Source: an uncultured bacterium (GTDB lineage Bacteria > Babelota > Babeliae > Babelales > Vermiphilaceae). Taken from it: a DNA stretch of 64,000 nt. Positions within the stretch are counted from its first letter, which is position 1. Each line of letters opens with the position of its first letter. The position numbers and the translations under genes were made by a program. The notes below the pieces were generated by a model, which saw only the letters and a list, made by a program, of their open reading frames with translations, was not told where the DNA came from and ran no database searches. Below are positions 27,019 to 36,811 of the stretch, in pieces. The stretch is from positions 608,001-672,000 of the forward strand of contig OY970212.1 in the NCBI GenBank assembly GCA_963713925.1. The letters are read 5' to 3'.

Positions 27019-29391
27019 ATGAACTATATACGCTTTTTTGATCAGATACGTATTACCGATATTCCGCTTGTCGGAGGGAAAAATGCATCGCTGGGGGAGA
27101 TGATTCAAACGCTTTCTCAGCTTGGTGTTCGGGTGCCCAATGGGTTTGCCTTGACAGTGGTAGCCTATCATCGATTCATGGAATTCAATAAACTGAGCGA
27201 ACCGATCAAATCTTTGCTTGCACCAATCACAAAAGATTCTGATACGAAAGCATTGGAACAAGCAGGTAAAAAGGTTCGTGAGTTGATTTTGGCATCTTCG
27301 TTGCCATCTGATATTGCCCAAGAACTATCTGAAGCATATAAAACCTTGTCCTCACACTATGGAGAGCTGGCTATTTCTGTTGCCGTGCGCTCATCTGCAA
27401 CGGCAGAAGATTTGCCCAATGCATCATTTGCCGGGCAACAAGAGACATTTCTGAATGTCCGCGGAGCACAAGAATTGGAACGCGCCTGCGTGAAAGCATA
27501 CGCATCACTATTTACCGATCGCGCCATCTATTATCGATTGGAACATGGCTTTTCTCATGAACAGGTGGCGCTTTCGATCGGGATTCAAAAAATGGTGCAA
27601 TCCGACGTTTCTGGAGTTGCATTCTCGCTTGATACAGAAACCGGATTTCCTGATGTGGTGCTGATCAATGCGTCATATGGATTGGGTGAATTGATTGTGC
27701 AAGGTGCCATAGTTCCCGATGAGTTCATCGTTCATAAGCCGACATTTGTACAGGGATTCCGATCCATCATTCAAAAAGTACAGGGATCAAAGAAGGAAAA
27801 AATGATCTATGGCGATGGCGCTGATAAAGCTACTCGCATTGTCCCCGTTGAAACAAGTGCGCAAAAACGTTTTTGCTTAACGGATGATCAAGTGCTCGAG
27901 CTTGCTCATGCTGTTATTGCCATTGAAGATCATTACACAAAAATCAAAAAACAGTGGTGTCCCGTCGATGTTGAATGGGCACTAGAATCAGGGACATTAT
28001 ATATCGTTCAAGCGCGACCCGAGACTGTTTTTTCACAGCAGCAAAATGCCGTCGTCGTTGAAAGATTTCAGTTGCGAGGAACTCCCGGTAAAGCGATTGC
28101 GTCAGGGGCTGCTATTGGTTTTAAGATCGCCAGTGGAAAAGCCCACATTTTAAAATCAGTCTCACAGATAGATTCCGTTCAGAAGGGCGATATTATTGTC
28201 ACAACAATGACTGACCCTGATTGGGTGCCGGCATTAAAAAAATGTGCAGGTATCATAACAGAGCAAGGAGGCAGGACCTGCCATGCGGCTATTGTGAGTC
28301 GAGAGTTGGGTATTCCGGCAATTGTCGGTGTTCAAGGGGCTCTTGAACGCATCAAACAGGGCACAGAGATAACAATTGATTGTAGTCAAGGGCAAATCGG
28401 CTTTGTATATGAAGGGTCGGTGCCGTTTGATCGGATTGAACAAAAGCTACAATCAAAGAGGACAGGAAAAACAAAATTATATGTGAATGTGGCCGAACCA
28501 CGGAGCGTATTTCGCTTGAGCCGGTATCCGATTGATGGGATAGGGCTTGCGCGGCTTGAGTTTGTTATTAGCAATGAAATTAAAATTCATCCCATGGCCT
28601 TACTGCATCCGGAGCGAGTGAAAGATTCAAAAACAAGAGCTTTGATTGACGAGCGGATTGCCGGATATGCAACCGGGGCTGAATTTTATATTGATCGTCT
28701 TTGCCAGGCGATCGGCACATTGGCTGCCGGCATGTACCCACGAAGCGTGACGGTGCGGCTTTCTGATTTCAAATCAAATGAATATAGATCCTTGCTCGGC
28801 GGCGCTTTTTTTGAGCCTGAGGAGGAGAATCCTATGATTGGCTGGCGCGGGGCCTCGAGATACTATGACGCTGGATTTAAGGAGGCGTTTGTGCTTGAAT
28901 GCCAGGCGATCAAAAAGGCTCGGGAATACATGGGAATGAAAAATATCCGAGTGATGGTTCCTTTTGTCAGAACGCTTACAGAAGCGGAAAAGGTAGTTGC
29001 GATTCTCGGGCAACAGGGATTAGTTTCCGGGGTGGATGGCCTTGAGCTGGTCATGATGGTTGAAATTCCCTCCAATGTGATTTTATTGGAGCAATTTGCC
29101 CATTATTTTGATTCTTTTTCCATAGGTTCAAACGATTTAACACAAATGGTACTTGGAGTTGATCGGGATTCTTCCCTGGTTTCACATGTGTTTGATGAGC
29201 GGGACCCGGCCGTTATGGAGATGCTCCACCAGGCGATCGTTAAGGCACACAAGGTTAAAAAGCAGATCAGCATTTGTGGCCAGGCGCCATCCGATTACCC
29301 TGATTTGGCAAAACAGCTCGTTGCCTGGGGCATAGATGGCCTATCCTTAAACCCTGATTCAGTATACGAGCTTGTAGAGAAGATTTTTTAA
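27019..29391 (+). CDS. ppsA: Phosphoenolpyruvate synthase
   Basis: VGGKNASLGEM, AVRSSATAEDLP, GGRTCHAAIVSRE, FSIGSNDLTQ, ICGQAPSD. Confidence 0.97.
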   Translation: MNYIRFFDQIRITDIPLVGGKNASLGEMIQTLSQLGVRVPNGFALTVVAYHRFMEFNKLSEPIKSLLAPITKDSDTKALEQAGKKVRELILASSLPSDIAQELSEAYKTLSSHYGELAISVAVRSSATAEDLPNASFAGQQETFLNVRGAQELERACVKAYASLFTDRAIYYRLEHGFSHEQVALSIGIQKMVQSDVSGVAFSLDTETGFPDVVLINASYGLGELIVQGAIVPDEFIVHKPTFVQGFRSIIQKVQGSKKEKMIYGDGADKATRIVPVETSAQKRFCLTDDQVLELAHAVIAIEDHYTKIKKQWCPVDVEWALESGTLYIVQARPETVFSQQQNAVVVERFQLRGTPGKAIASGAAIGFKIASGKAHILKSVSQIDSVQKGDIIVTTMTDPDWVPALKKCAGIITEQGGRTCHAAIVSRELGIPAIVGVQGALERIKQGTEITIDCSQGQIGFVYEGSVPFDRIEQKLQSKRTGKTKLYVNVAEPRSVFRLSRYPIDGIGLARLEFVISNEIKIHPMALLHPERVKDSKTRALIDERIAGYATGAEFYIDRLCQAIGTLAAGMYPRSVTVRLSDFKSNEYRSLLGGAFFEPEEENPMIGWRGASRYYDAGFKEAFVLECQAIKKAREYMGMKNIRVMVPFVRTLTEAEKVVAILGQQGLVSGVDGLELVMMVEIPSNVILLEQFAHYFDSFSIGSNDLTQMVLGVDRDSSLVSHVFDERDPAVMEMLHQAIVKAHKVKKQISICGQAPSDYPDLAKQLVAWGIDGLSLNPDSVYELVEKIF

Positions 29392-29430
29392 AGGGTGCGT
29401 TCTGAAAAACCTTTTTACATCAACGTTTAT

Positions 29431-29459
29431 TTGACATAATTTTCAATCTGAATTAGGAT
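29431..29459 (+). promoter_or_regulatory. Sigma70 promoter
   Basis: TTGACA-17 nt-TAGGAT about 105 nt before the helicase ATG. Confidence 0.7.
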
Positions 29460-29564
29460 AAGAAGGTATTCAGTAGGGCGATCATAACGGGCCCTATCGA
29501 GGGCGTACCGCGGCGGTACAGGAATAATATCTCGTTATGAAATGCTTTAACTACAAGTGATACT

Positions 29565-31259
29565 ATGACATTTAAAGATCTTTCTTTGCGTCCTGAAATT
29601 CATCAGGCGCTTTCTGACCTTGGATTCACTAACCCAACCGAAATTCAAAGCAAGGCTATTCCAGCCCTGCTCACCCAAGAATTTGTTGATTTCCATGGTC
29701 AAGCTCAAACAGGAACCGGTAAAACGCTTGCGTTCGGGATTCCTCTTGTTGAGCATGTAAAAGTTGAAAAAAAAGTAACTCAAGCGCTTATTGTTGCGCC
29801 AACCCGTGAATTGGTATTGCAAATTGCTGACAGCATTAAGTCAGTTGCAAAAGGGTTGCCTCTTTCTGTTGTGCCTATTTATGGCGGTGCTCCGATGTAT
29901 GAGCAAACTTCTGCATTGCGCAAGGGTGCTCACATTGTTGTGGGAACTCCAGGCCGACTCAACGATCATCTTCGTCGAGGAACATTAAAATTAGACAATG
30001 TCAAAACATTGGTTCTTGATGAAGCAGATATCATGCTTGATATGGGCTTTAAAGAGGAAATGGAAGAGATTTTATCTCACATTCCTCAACAACGACAAAT
30101 TTGGTTGTTCTCAGCAACCGTCAAACAAGGTATTAGCGACATTATGCGTACCCACATGAAAAATACCGTGAGTGTGCGTGTTGCAAAACAAGATACCGGT
30201 GCTCCAAAAACAAAACAATATTTTGCAACCGTTTCTCAAAAAGATAGACTTCGTGCATTAATTCGCTTTATCGATGCGGTCCCTTCTTTCTATGGATTTG
30301 TGTTCTGCCAGACAAAATTGCTTGCAGCTCAAATTTCGCAAGAGTTGGTCAAAGCAGGATATAAAGCAAATGCATTGCATGGTGATATGAGCCAAGCGCA
30401 GCGAAATCATGTGATTGCTGAATTTAAAAGCAAAACATTTACCATTTTGATCTGTACCGACGTTGCAGCTCGTGGTATTGACGTTTCAGACTGTACCCAT
30501 GTGATGAACTTCAGCTTGCCGGAAGATCAAGAAAGTTACGTTCACCGTGTGGGCCGTACCGGTCGTGCCGGAAAAGAAGGAACGGCAATTTCATTTATCT
30601 CTTCCTGGCAAACACGCTTTATTAAAACATTGGAACGTAAGTTTAATGTTGAAATAAAGCCGATCAATGTGCCAACCTTTGAAGAAATTGCACATATTAA
30701 GGTCGTTCAAGCGAATGATCATCTCAAGCAGATGATTGAAAGCAAAACTGAACAAAACTATTACACACATAAATTGTCAGAATTCATCAACGCGTTTACC
30801 ACGGATGAATTAAAAAAAGCAGTTGTTCAATTGCTCAATGAAAAATTCTGCAAAGAAATGAAAGTGGAAGATGACAAATCATTTGCGAATGCAGCTTCAC
30901 GCCAAGTTCGCGAAAACGTCAGTGATGAGGCTCGTTCAGAAGTGACCATTTTCATGGGAACCGATGATGGGTTAACCCAAGAAGAGTTAGACCAATTCTT
31001 GAAAGAATGTAAATCGGTCGATATCTCCGACATGGCACGTGTGCGCGTAATTAGAAAACGCTCATTTATCAAGATTTCCCCTGAACAAGGTAACAAGCTT
31101 GTCAATGAAATCAAGGGACAAATGCTTGCAGGAATGCGTATTCGCGCAGCTGTGACTGTTGATGAAGATCGAGGCTTTGAATCCGGTCGACGTGAAAATC
31201 GCGGCGGCGGAAGAAGCGGCGGTTCTTCTCGTGGAAGATCTTCCGGTCGTAGACGATAA
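29565..31259 (+). CDS. DEAD-box RNA helicase, DeaD/CsdA-like
   Basis: AQTGTGKT, PTREL, LDEAD, SAT, HRVGRTGRAG; DbpA-like C-terminal domain; RG/RS-rich tail. Confidence 0.95.
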   Translation: MTFKDLSLRPEIHQALSDLGFTNPTEIQSKAIPALLTQEFVDFHGQAQTGTGKTLAFGIPLVEHVKVEKKVTQALIVAPTRELVLQIADSIKSVAKGLPLSVVPIYGGAPMYEQTSALRKGAHIVVGTPGRLNDHLRRGTLKLDNVKTLVLDEADIMLDMGFKEEMEEILSHIPQQRQIWLFSATVKQGISDIMRTHMKNTVSVRVAKQDTGAPKTKQYFATVSQKDRLRALIRFIDAVPSFYGFVFCQTKLLAAQISQELVKAGYKANALHGDMSQAQRNHVIAEFKSKTFTILICTDVAARGIDVSDCTHVMNFSLPEDQESYVHRVGRTGRAGKEGTAISFISSWQTRFIKTLERKFNVEIKPINVPTFEEIAHIKVVQANDHLKQMIESKTEQNYYTHKLSEFINAFTTDELKKAVVQLLNEKFCKEMKVEDDKSFANAASRQVRENVSDEARSEVTIFMGTDDGLTQEELDQFLKECKSVDISDMARVRVIRKRSFIKISPEQGNKLVNEIKGQMLAGMRIRAAVTVDEDRGFESGRRENRGGGRSGGSSRGRSSGRRR

Positions 31260-31272
31260 ACAAGAAGATAAT

Positions 31273-31306
31273 AAAAAAAGGCTCGGTGAAAACCGAGCCT
31301 TTTTTT
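31273..31306. terminator. Bidirectional terminator
   Basis: aaaaaaaggctcggtgaaaaccgagccttttttt. Confidence 0.9.
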
Positions 31307-31312
31307 ATTAAG

Positions 31313-31711
31313 TTAATAGGGCGCAATTTGAATTGTCAAAGGAACAAGCTGATCTGGTTCATCAGGATTCCGGACAAATATTCGTACTTTTCTTAGCCCT
31401 AACTGACGAGCCACATCTTCAATGATTCTTCCTGTTGCTGAAATGGAATCAATTGCAGGATCAGTCAGTCGCTCCTTGATATGGTTCCAAATTTTGCGGA
31501 AGGTTTCAAAGTCTCTCTTTGGGTTATCTGAATTGGCTTGTTCCATAATGCGTTGTTTGATGCTTTTATCATTTTCTTCCATAACGCTTTGCACATATTC
31601 TCGCACGAGTCGATTTTTCTCGGCATCGGCCGCACATAATGAGAAGTTTACCCCGCAAGTCGCAATGATAGCAAAAGTTATTATTTGTTTAGTTTGTCTA
31701 TTTGTTTTCAT
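31313..31711 (-). CDS. Exported hypothetical protein
   Basis: AAGGA RBS; signal ending LCA. Confidence 0.7.
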   Translation of the reverse strand: MKTNRQTKQIITFAIIATCGVNFSLCAADAEKNRLVREYVQSVMEENDKSIKQRIMEQANSDNPKRDFETFRKIWNHIKERLTDPAIDSISATGRIIEDVARQLGLRKVRIFVRNPDEPDQLVPLTIQIAPY

Positions 31712-31738
31712 CCCAATTCCTTACTGAATCTATCCTCA

Positions 31739-32155
31739 TTAAATTCTATTTTTGAACTGTTTGTACAATCCGGGCAATGATGTTACCTCTGACCGAGAGG
31801 GGGCTTTCTTATATGGTCCTCTCACGTAGGTGTGGGGTATCTTATTTTTTTCATAGTTTTTATACGATTTATACGCATGTAGGTCATATTTTAAATCATG
31901 TGCGTGGCCACAGCGAGAGCACTCTCCACGATTATCAGATGTTTTATATTTCCAACAGGGGCAATTGCAGGAAACCGGCTGATATGATTTGTTGTCAAAT
32001 CGTTCCGTTAAGTGCTTGCTGTTGTCCAGACACCCAGGGGATGCATTTATGTGCAATGCACAATTGATGAGAATGATACTCGCTATAATCCACACAGGAA
32101 TCAGTTTGTTTGACCTGATATGGGTCATGATGTAGGTGATTATCTTGTTATTCAT
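31739..32155 (-). CDS. Exported Cys-rich protein
   Basis: GGAGG RBS; GCLD, CNCPC, CSRCGHAH. Confidence 0.75.
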   Translation of the reverse strand: MNNKIITYIMTHIRSNKLIPVWIIASIILINCALHINASPGCLDNSKHLTERFDNKSYQPVSCNCPCWKYKTSDNRGECSRCGHAHDLKYDLHAYKSYKNYEKNKIPHTYVRGPYKKAPSRSEVTSLPGLYKQFKNRI

Positions 32156-32372
32156 GAGACCCTCCACACTGAGTACACTCTTCGTTTGAGTGATCCATTT
32201 CTCGCGCTATGTTGCGCTCAAGCGGGGTGCCTTCATAAGTAGACTCAGGCATAACATGGGCAAAAAAGGGTTGCCCGATGGTATGCGCGCTTATTGAACA
32301 GTCTGGACAGGCATGTATATTTAGCGTGCTGAAAAGTAGAAGGCCAGACACGCATATGATTATAAACTTCAT
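32148..32372 (-). CDS. Small exported protein with two CxxC motifs
   Basis: Signal ending IHA, then CPDC; C-terminal CTQC; overlaps the start of the next gene. Confidence 0.7.
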   Translation of the reverse strand: MKFIIICVSGLLLFSTLNIHACPDCSISAHTIGQPFFAHVMPESTYEGTPLERNIAREMDHSNEECTQCGGSHE

Positions 32373-32467
32373 TTTTTTATCCTTTTTTCTCATTAGCACT
32401 ATTGATATTACAATATAAAATATTCAATTTGCAATAGAATTGAAAGGATAATGTGACAAGTAGTTAA

Positions 32468-33334
32468 TCAACGCATGTTTTTTATGATAGTTTTCACCTG
32501 CTCCGCATAGACGGGATGATTGAGTCCAATGGCCACTAACGCCTGAAACCAGCCAATAGGGTTGCCAATATCGTATCGATTTCCTGTCAACGTTACGGCA
32601 ATGAGCGGTTCTCCGGTTTGTAAAAGCGTTGAAAGGGCTTGGGTCAGTTGTATTTCTCCCCCTACCGTTGGTGGAGTATCGGCCAGTATGTCAAAAATTG
32701 TGCGAGAAATAATATAACGGCCGACAATAGCAAGTCGCGAGGGGGCATTTGAGATATCCGGTTTTTCAACCAAGCCTTTGACTGAGTACACGCCATTTTG
32801 CAACGTATCTTTAACGTCAATGATGCCATATGAAGATACCTTATCCATAGGCACTTCTTGAACAGCGATGACTGAGCATTTATATTCATCAGCGTATTTT
32901 TTGAGTTGAGCGAGCGCGGAGGGAGTTTGATCTATAATGTCATCGGGCAAGATTATGGAAAAATAATCATCTTTTACAAACGGTTTTGCCATGAGAATAG
33001 CATGTCCAAGCCCATGCGCTTCATGTTGCATCGCATAATCGAACTGTACGTCTTTTATGAGATTATTAAGAGAATCAATCAGATGGAGTTTGTTCTTTTT
33101 TTCAAGAAAGGTAGTTAATTTGGCATCCGGCGAAAAATAATGTTCGATGGCATCTTTTTCTTCATTGGTGACAACCACCAGATGATTGCAGTGAGCATCG
33201 AGCGCTTCTCTGATGATATAGGCGAGGGCGGGCTCATCAAACAGAGGAATAAGTTCTTTGGGAACTGATTTTGAGATCGGTAAAAAACGAGTGCCATAAC
33301 CTGCAGCCGGAATTACAACAGTATCATTTTTCAT
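32468..33334 (-). CDS. galU: UTP-glucose-1-phosphate uridylyltransferase
   Basis: VIPAAGYGTRFLP, PKELIP, GLGHAI, LVEKP, GGEIQLT. Confidence 0.95.
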   Translation of the reverse strand: MKNDTVVIPAAGYGTRFLPISKSVPKELIPLFDEPALAYIIREALDAHCNHLVVVTNEEKDAIEHYFSPDAKLTTFLEKKNKLHLIDSLNNLIKDVQFDYAMQHEAHGLGHAILMAKPFVKDDYFSIILPDDIIDQTPSALAQLKKYADEYKCSVIAVQEVPMDKVSSYGIIDVKDTLQNGVYSVKGLVEKPDISNAPSRLAIVGRYIISRTIFDILADTPPTVGGEIQLTQALSTLLQTGEPLIAVTLTGNRYDIGNPIGWFQALVAIGLNHPVYAEQVKTIIKNMR

Positions 33335-33348
33335 AGTGGCATCCCCAG

Positions 33349-34383
33349 CTAAAATTGTTTGAGGAAGTCGATAGTGCCGCTATGAAAAAGCCTGATATCG
33401 GTTATTTTATGACGAAGCATAGCAAGTCGCTCAATGCCGAATCCAAATGCAAAACCTTGATATTCCTCCGGGTTAATCCCACTCTTTTTCAAAACATTGG
33501 GATGCACAAGGCCGGCGCCCAAGAGCTCAACCCACCCGGTTCGTTTGCATACCGAACATCCGCCCGTGCAGAATGGGCAGGTGGCGTCAATTTCAAGGCC
33601 TGGCTCAACAAAAGGGAAAAAACCTGGCCTTACTCTGATTTTGAGTGATTCCTTTTTAAAAAATTTTTGTAAAAAAGTCTGAGCCGTTGCAAGCAAATGG
33701 GATAGAGAAACTTTTTTATCAATGACCATGCATTCACCCTGGGTGAACATAAAATCATGGGTTGCATCAGTGGCTTCATTGCGAAAACATCGACCGGGGG
33801 CAAAAATGGCAAGGGGCGGTGTGGTATTTTCAAGACAATGTGCTTGCGTACTGGAAGTGTGTGTGCGCATAAGCATGCCAGGGACATTGAGCCAAAAAGT
33901 ATCATGCATATCACGCGCAGGGTGATCGGTGGGGATATTGAGCGCGTCAAAGTTGTAAAATTCATTTTCAACTTCGGCACCATCAACGACCTGGAAGCCC
34001 ATGCTTATGAAAATATCTTCCAATTCCTCAACCAACTGAGTGTAAATATGCAACGATCCTTGCTGTAGATGAGATTTACTTGCAGTGACATCAAAAGAAC
34101 GCATTTTTTCTTCTTTGGCACTGTTTTCCTGTTTTTCAACGCGTGCCAGAGCTGCTTCAATTGCTTGAGCGCAGAAACTTTTCAGTTCGTTGAGCTGAGG
34201 TCCAGAGGCGCGTTTTTCTTCAGTTGAAAGAGATTTGAGCGTTTCCATCAAAGCAGCAACATGTCCGGACCTGCCGATATAGGCTATTTTAATACGATCC
34301 ACTTCTGGCAGAGTTCCGGCAGACGCCAGTTCACTTTCCAGTTGCGTTTTGAGGCTGTTGATTGATTCATTAAGGTTTTTCAT
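33349..34383 (-). CDS. pheS: Phenylalanine-tRNA ligase alpha subunit
   Basis: HPARDMHDTF, RTHTS, FFPFVEP, GFAFGFGIERLAM. Confidence 0.98.
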   Translation of the reverse strand: MKNLNESINSLKTQLESELASAGTLPEVDRIKIAYIGRSGHVAALMETLKSLSTEEKRASGPQLNELKSFCAQAIEAALARVEKQENSAKEEKMRSFDVTASKSHLQQGSLHIYTQLVEELEDIFISMGFQVVDGAEVENEFYNFDALNIPTDHPARDMHDTFWLNVPGMLMRTHTSSTQAHCLENTTPPLAIFAPGRCFRNEATDATHDFMFTQGECMVIDKKVSLSHLLATAQTFLQKFFKKESLKIRVRPGFFPFVEPGLEIDATCPFCTGGCSVCKRTGWVELLGAGLVHPNVLKKSGINPEEYQGFAFGFGIERLAMLRHKITDIRLFHSGTIDFLKQF

Positions 34384-34462
34384 GGGGGACTTTTCTAAAT
34401 TTCAATAATTTTAAAGCTTTTATGAGCAATCGTATCAGAGGGAGGCTTCTCTGGCAAATAAA

Positions 34463-34497
34463 GGGTCCCATGCAAAGCGTAGCGCAGCATGGGTTTA
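34463..34497 (+). repeat. Family-A palindrome
   Basis: gggtcccatgcaaagcgtagcgcagcatgggttta. Confidence 0.85.
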
Positions 34498-34595
34498 ATA
34501 CTGGGTCCTCTCCTGTTACACCAAAAGTAAAAAGTCGATTTTAAATGAAAAAACGAGCAGATTTTAAAAGTCTACTCGTTTTATTACTAAACTAG

Positions 34596-34670
34596 TGGTG
34601 CCGAGGGTCGGAATTGAACCAACGACGCCAAGCTCTTCAGGCTTGCGCTCTACCACTGAGCTACCCCGGC
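34596..34670 (-). tRNA. tRNA-Phe(GAA)
   Basis: GCCGGGG acceptor stem, anticodon arm CAAGC-CT-GAA-GA-GCTTG, TTCAA loop, encoded CCA; terminator at about 34549..34582. Confidence 0.95.
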
Positions 34671-34713
34671 ACATAATAAAAAGCAAATTAAAAGACAAGA
34701 TCATATTTTTAAC

Positions 34714-34776
34714 GGCTCCCAGCGTAATATGGGACCAAATAAAGCGAAGCTCAATTTGGGTATAGTACTTGGGTGT
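34714..34776 (+). repeat. Family-A palindrome (34731..34764) inside a degenerate outer copy
   Basis: gggaccaaataaagcgaagctcaatttgggtata within ggctcccagcgta...tacttgggtg. Confidence 0.6.
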
Positions 34777-34930
34777 TAAAGATGTTTGTATGATACCCTT
34801 TTGAGCTATTTTGTCAATATATTCTACGCATTGTGTATTGAGACAGAACCCCGGACAGGGGGTAGCGCTTTTTCATGAATATGTTATACTAATAGAAATA
34901 AAGACAAATGAGGTTCAATGGAGGTATAAC

Positions 34931-35713
34931 ATGGTAAAAAATCTATCTATTTTTACCTTTCTTTTCTTAATGCTCTCTGCTCAAGCAGCAGATACGATGA
35001 CTCCCGCAGAGCGTTTTGAAGAAGCTGTTCTGGAAAACAGGGTTACATTAGTTGATACATTATTAAAATCAGGAGTCGACGTTAATACTCTCATTACTTC
35101 TTTCAGTGATACGCCTGCTTTGCTCATAGCAGCTGAGGAATTTAATGTTCCGATGATGAATGTGCTCGTGAATCATGGTGTGGATGTTACAGCCACCGAT
35201 TGGGATGGTAATACGGTTTTGCACGCTTTGGCAAACTCACGCTATTATCGTCCAAGAATCAAAGAGGGCGAAGTCGCTTCCGTTATGCGTTTTTTTATTG
35301 AAAAAGGGGCCAATGCATCAGCAAAAAATAACGACAGAGTGACTGCATTATCGATAGTGGCCGAGCGGCCATCCAGCAGCTCTTGCGTTGACGCGCTTAT
35401 GGTTGATGACTTGAATGATAGGAAAGATGCTTTAAGGGATGCGATTGAATCTTGTGAGGAAGCAAATATTTTGAAATTGTTCCTGCATGGAATACCAATA
35501 AATCAAGACCATAAAGAGGGCGCGGAATACGCGTTTGATTCGAGCAATTTCAAACTTCCTAAAAAAGAAAAAAAGATTCGCCATCTTATCAAGCATGGAA
35601 CGCAATCAAAATATTTTGTGAAACATTGTTTCGGAGAATTCAGAGAACGATTACGTGATAAACGAAATATAGTTCAGATTTTAAAAACTCGTCAAATTGG
35701 CAAGAAGAAGTAA
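34931..35713 (+). CDS. Exported ankyrin-repeat protein
   Basis: GGAGG RBS; LLKSGVDVN, DGNTVLHALA, GANASAKN; basic C-terminus. Confidence 0.88.
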   Translation: MVKNLSIFTFLFLMLSAQAADTMTPAERFEEAVLENRVTLVDTLLKSGVDVNTLITSFSDTPALLIAAEEFNVPMMNVLVNHGVDVTATDWDGNTVLHALANSRYYRPRIKEGEVASVMRFFIEKGANASAKNNDRVTALSIVAERPSSSSCVDALMVDDLNDRKDALRDAIESCEEANILKLFLHGIPINQDHKEGAEYAFDSSNFKLPKKEKKIRHLIKHGTQSKYFVKHCFGEFRERLRDKRNIVQILKTRQIGKKK

Positions 35714-35749
35714 TCGTGATCCTAAAAATGAAAAATGAAAGGTTATAAA

Positions 35750-36541
35750 ATGGTAAAAAACCTATCTATTATTGTTCTTTTTTTCTCAACGCTCTGCATG
35801 CATGCTGCTGATAATCAAAATGCCGTACAGATGTTTAAAAAGGCAGTTTTGAAAGGAAAAGCTAATTTAGTTGATACATTGTTAAGAACGGAACCCGTCT
35901 CTGTCGATACCCCTATTAAATTTTTTGATAAAGATGTCCCTGCTTTGCTCGTGGCAGCAGAAGAAGTTGATGTACCGATGATGAATACATTGATGAATCA
36001 TGGCGCAAACATAAAGGCGGTTGATTCAGATGGTAATACGGTATTGCACTATCTCGCAAATTCGCGCCATCAAAATATAGACATCGAAGATGGTACAGTT
36101 GCTTCTTTGATACGTTTTTTTGTTAAAAACGGGGTAGATACATCAGCGAAAAATAATGACCAAGAGACCGCGTTGTTTTTAGCAGCTGCGCAAAAGTCCA
36201 GTAGCTCTTGCGTTGACGAACTTATGACCGATAACATTGAAGACAGGCATGATGCTTTGCTTGAGGCAATTAGTTATTATCAACCGAAGAATATCTCAAA
36301 ATTGCTGTTGTATGGAACGCCGATACATCAAGATCATAAAGAGTGCGCGGAAGAAAAGCTTAATTCGACGGATATCAAACTTCTTAAAAAAGACAAAAAG
36401 ACCCGTCATCTTATCAAGCATGGAACACAATCTGAATATTTTGTGAAACGTTGTTTTGGCGAGTTTCGTGAACGATTGAAGGATAAACGAAGTCCTTTTC
36501 AGATTTTAAAAGCTCGTCAAATTGGTAAAAGAAAGAATTGA
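35750..36541 (+). CDS. Exported ankyrin-repeat protein, tandem paralogue
   Basis: HGANIKAVDSDGNTVLHYLA; colinear with 34931..35713. Confidence 0.88.
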   Translation: MVKNLSIIVLFFSTLCMHAADNQNAVQMFKKAVLKGKANLVDTLLRTEPVSVDTPIKFFDKDVPALLVAAEEVDVPMMNTLMNHGANIKAVDSDGNTVLHYLANSRHQNIDIEDGTVASLIRFFVKNGVDTSAKNNDQETALFLAAAQKSSSSCVDELMTDNIEDRHDALLEAISYYQPKNISKLLLYGTPIHQDHKECAEEKLNSTDIKLLKKDKKTRHLIKHGTQSEYFVKRCFGEFRERLKDKRSPFQILKARQIGKRKN

Positions 36542-36768
36542 GAAAGAAAAAATAATGTCACGTTATTCAAGTTGGCAGAAAGGCATATGTAATTTTACAT
36601 ATGCCTTTTATTTTTTACGACATCAAAAATATATCTGCACGAAATCCTTGATAGTTTTTTCCTATCGTTGCAGACTGACTATATATTATATCAAACAAAT
36701 TCAAACTGACAAAGTCACCTGTTGCGACGGTTCTTTGAGTAAAAAGGGAAGAATCAGAGTGAATAAAC

Positions 36769-36800
36769 GGGTCCCAAACGAGCTGTCGAGTTTGGGTAAA
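36769..36800 (+). repeat. Family-A palindrome abutting an RBS
   Basis: gggtcccaaacgagctgtcgagtttgggtaaa followed by aaggag. Confidence 0.8.
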
Positions 36801-36811
36801 AAGGAGTGTAT

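Noticed and set aside
34384..34595. T-box or pheM-type attenuator before pheS
   Set aside because: No T-box consensus or Phe-rich leader seen; the hairpins are a family-A copy and the tRNA terminator.
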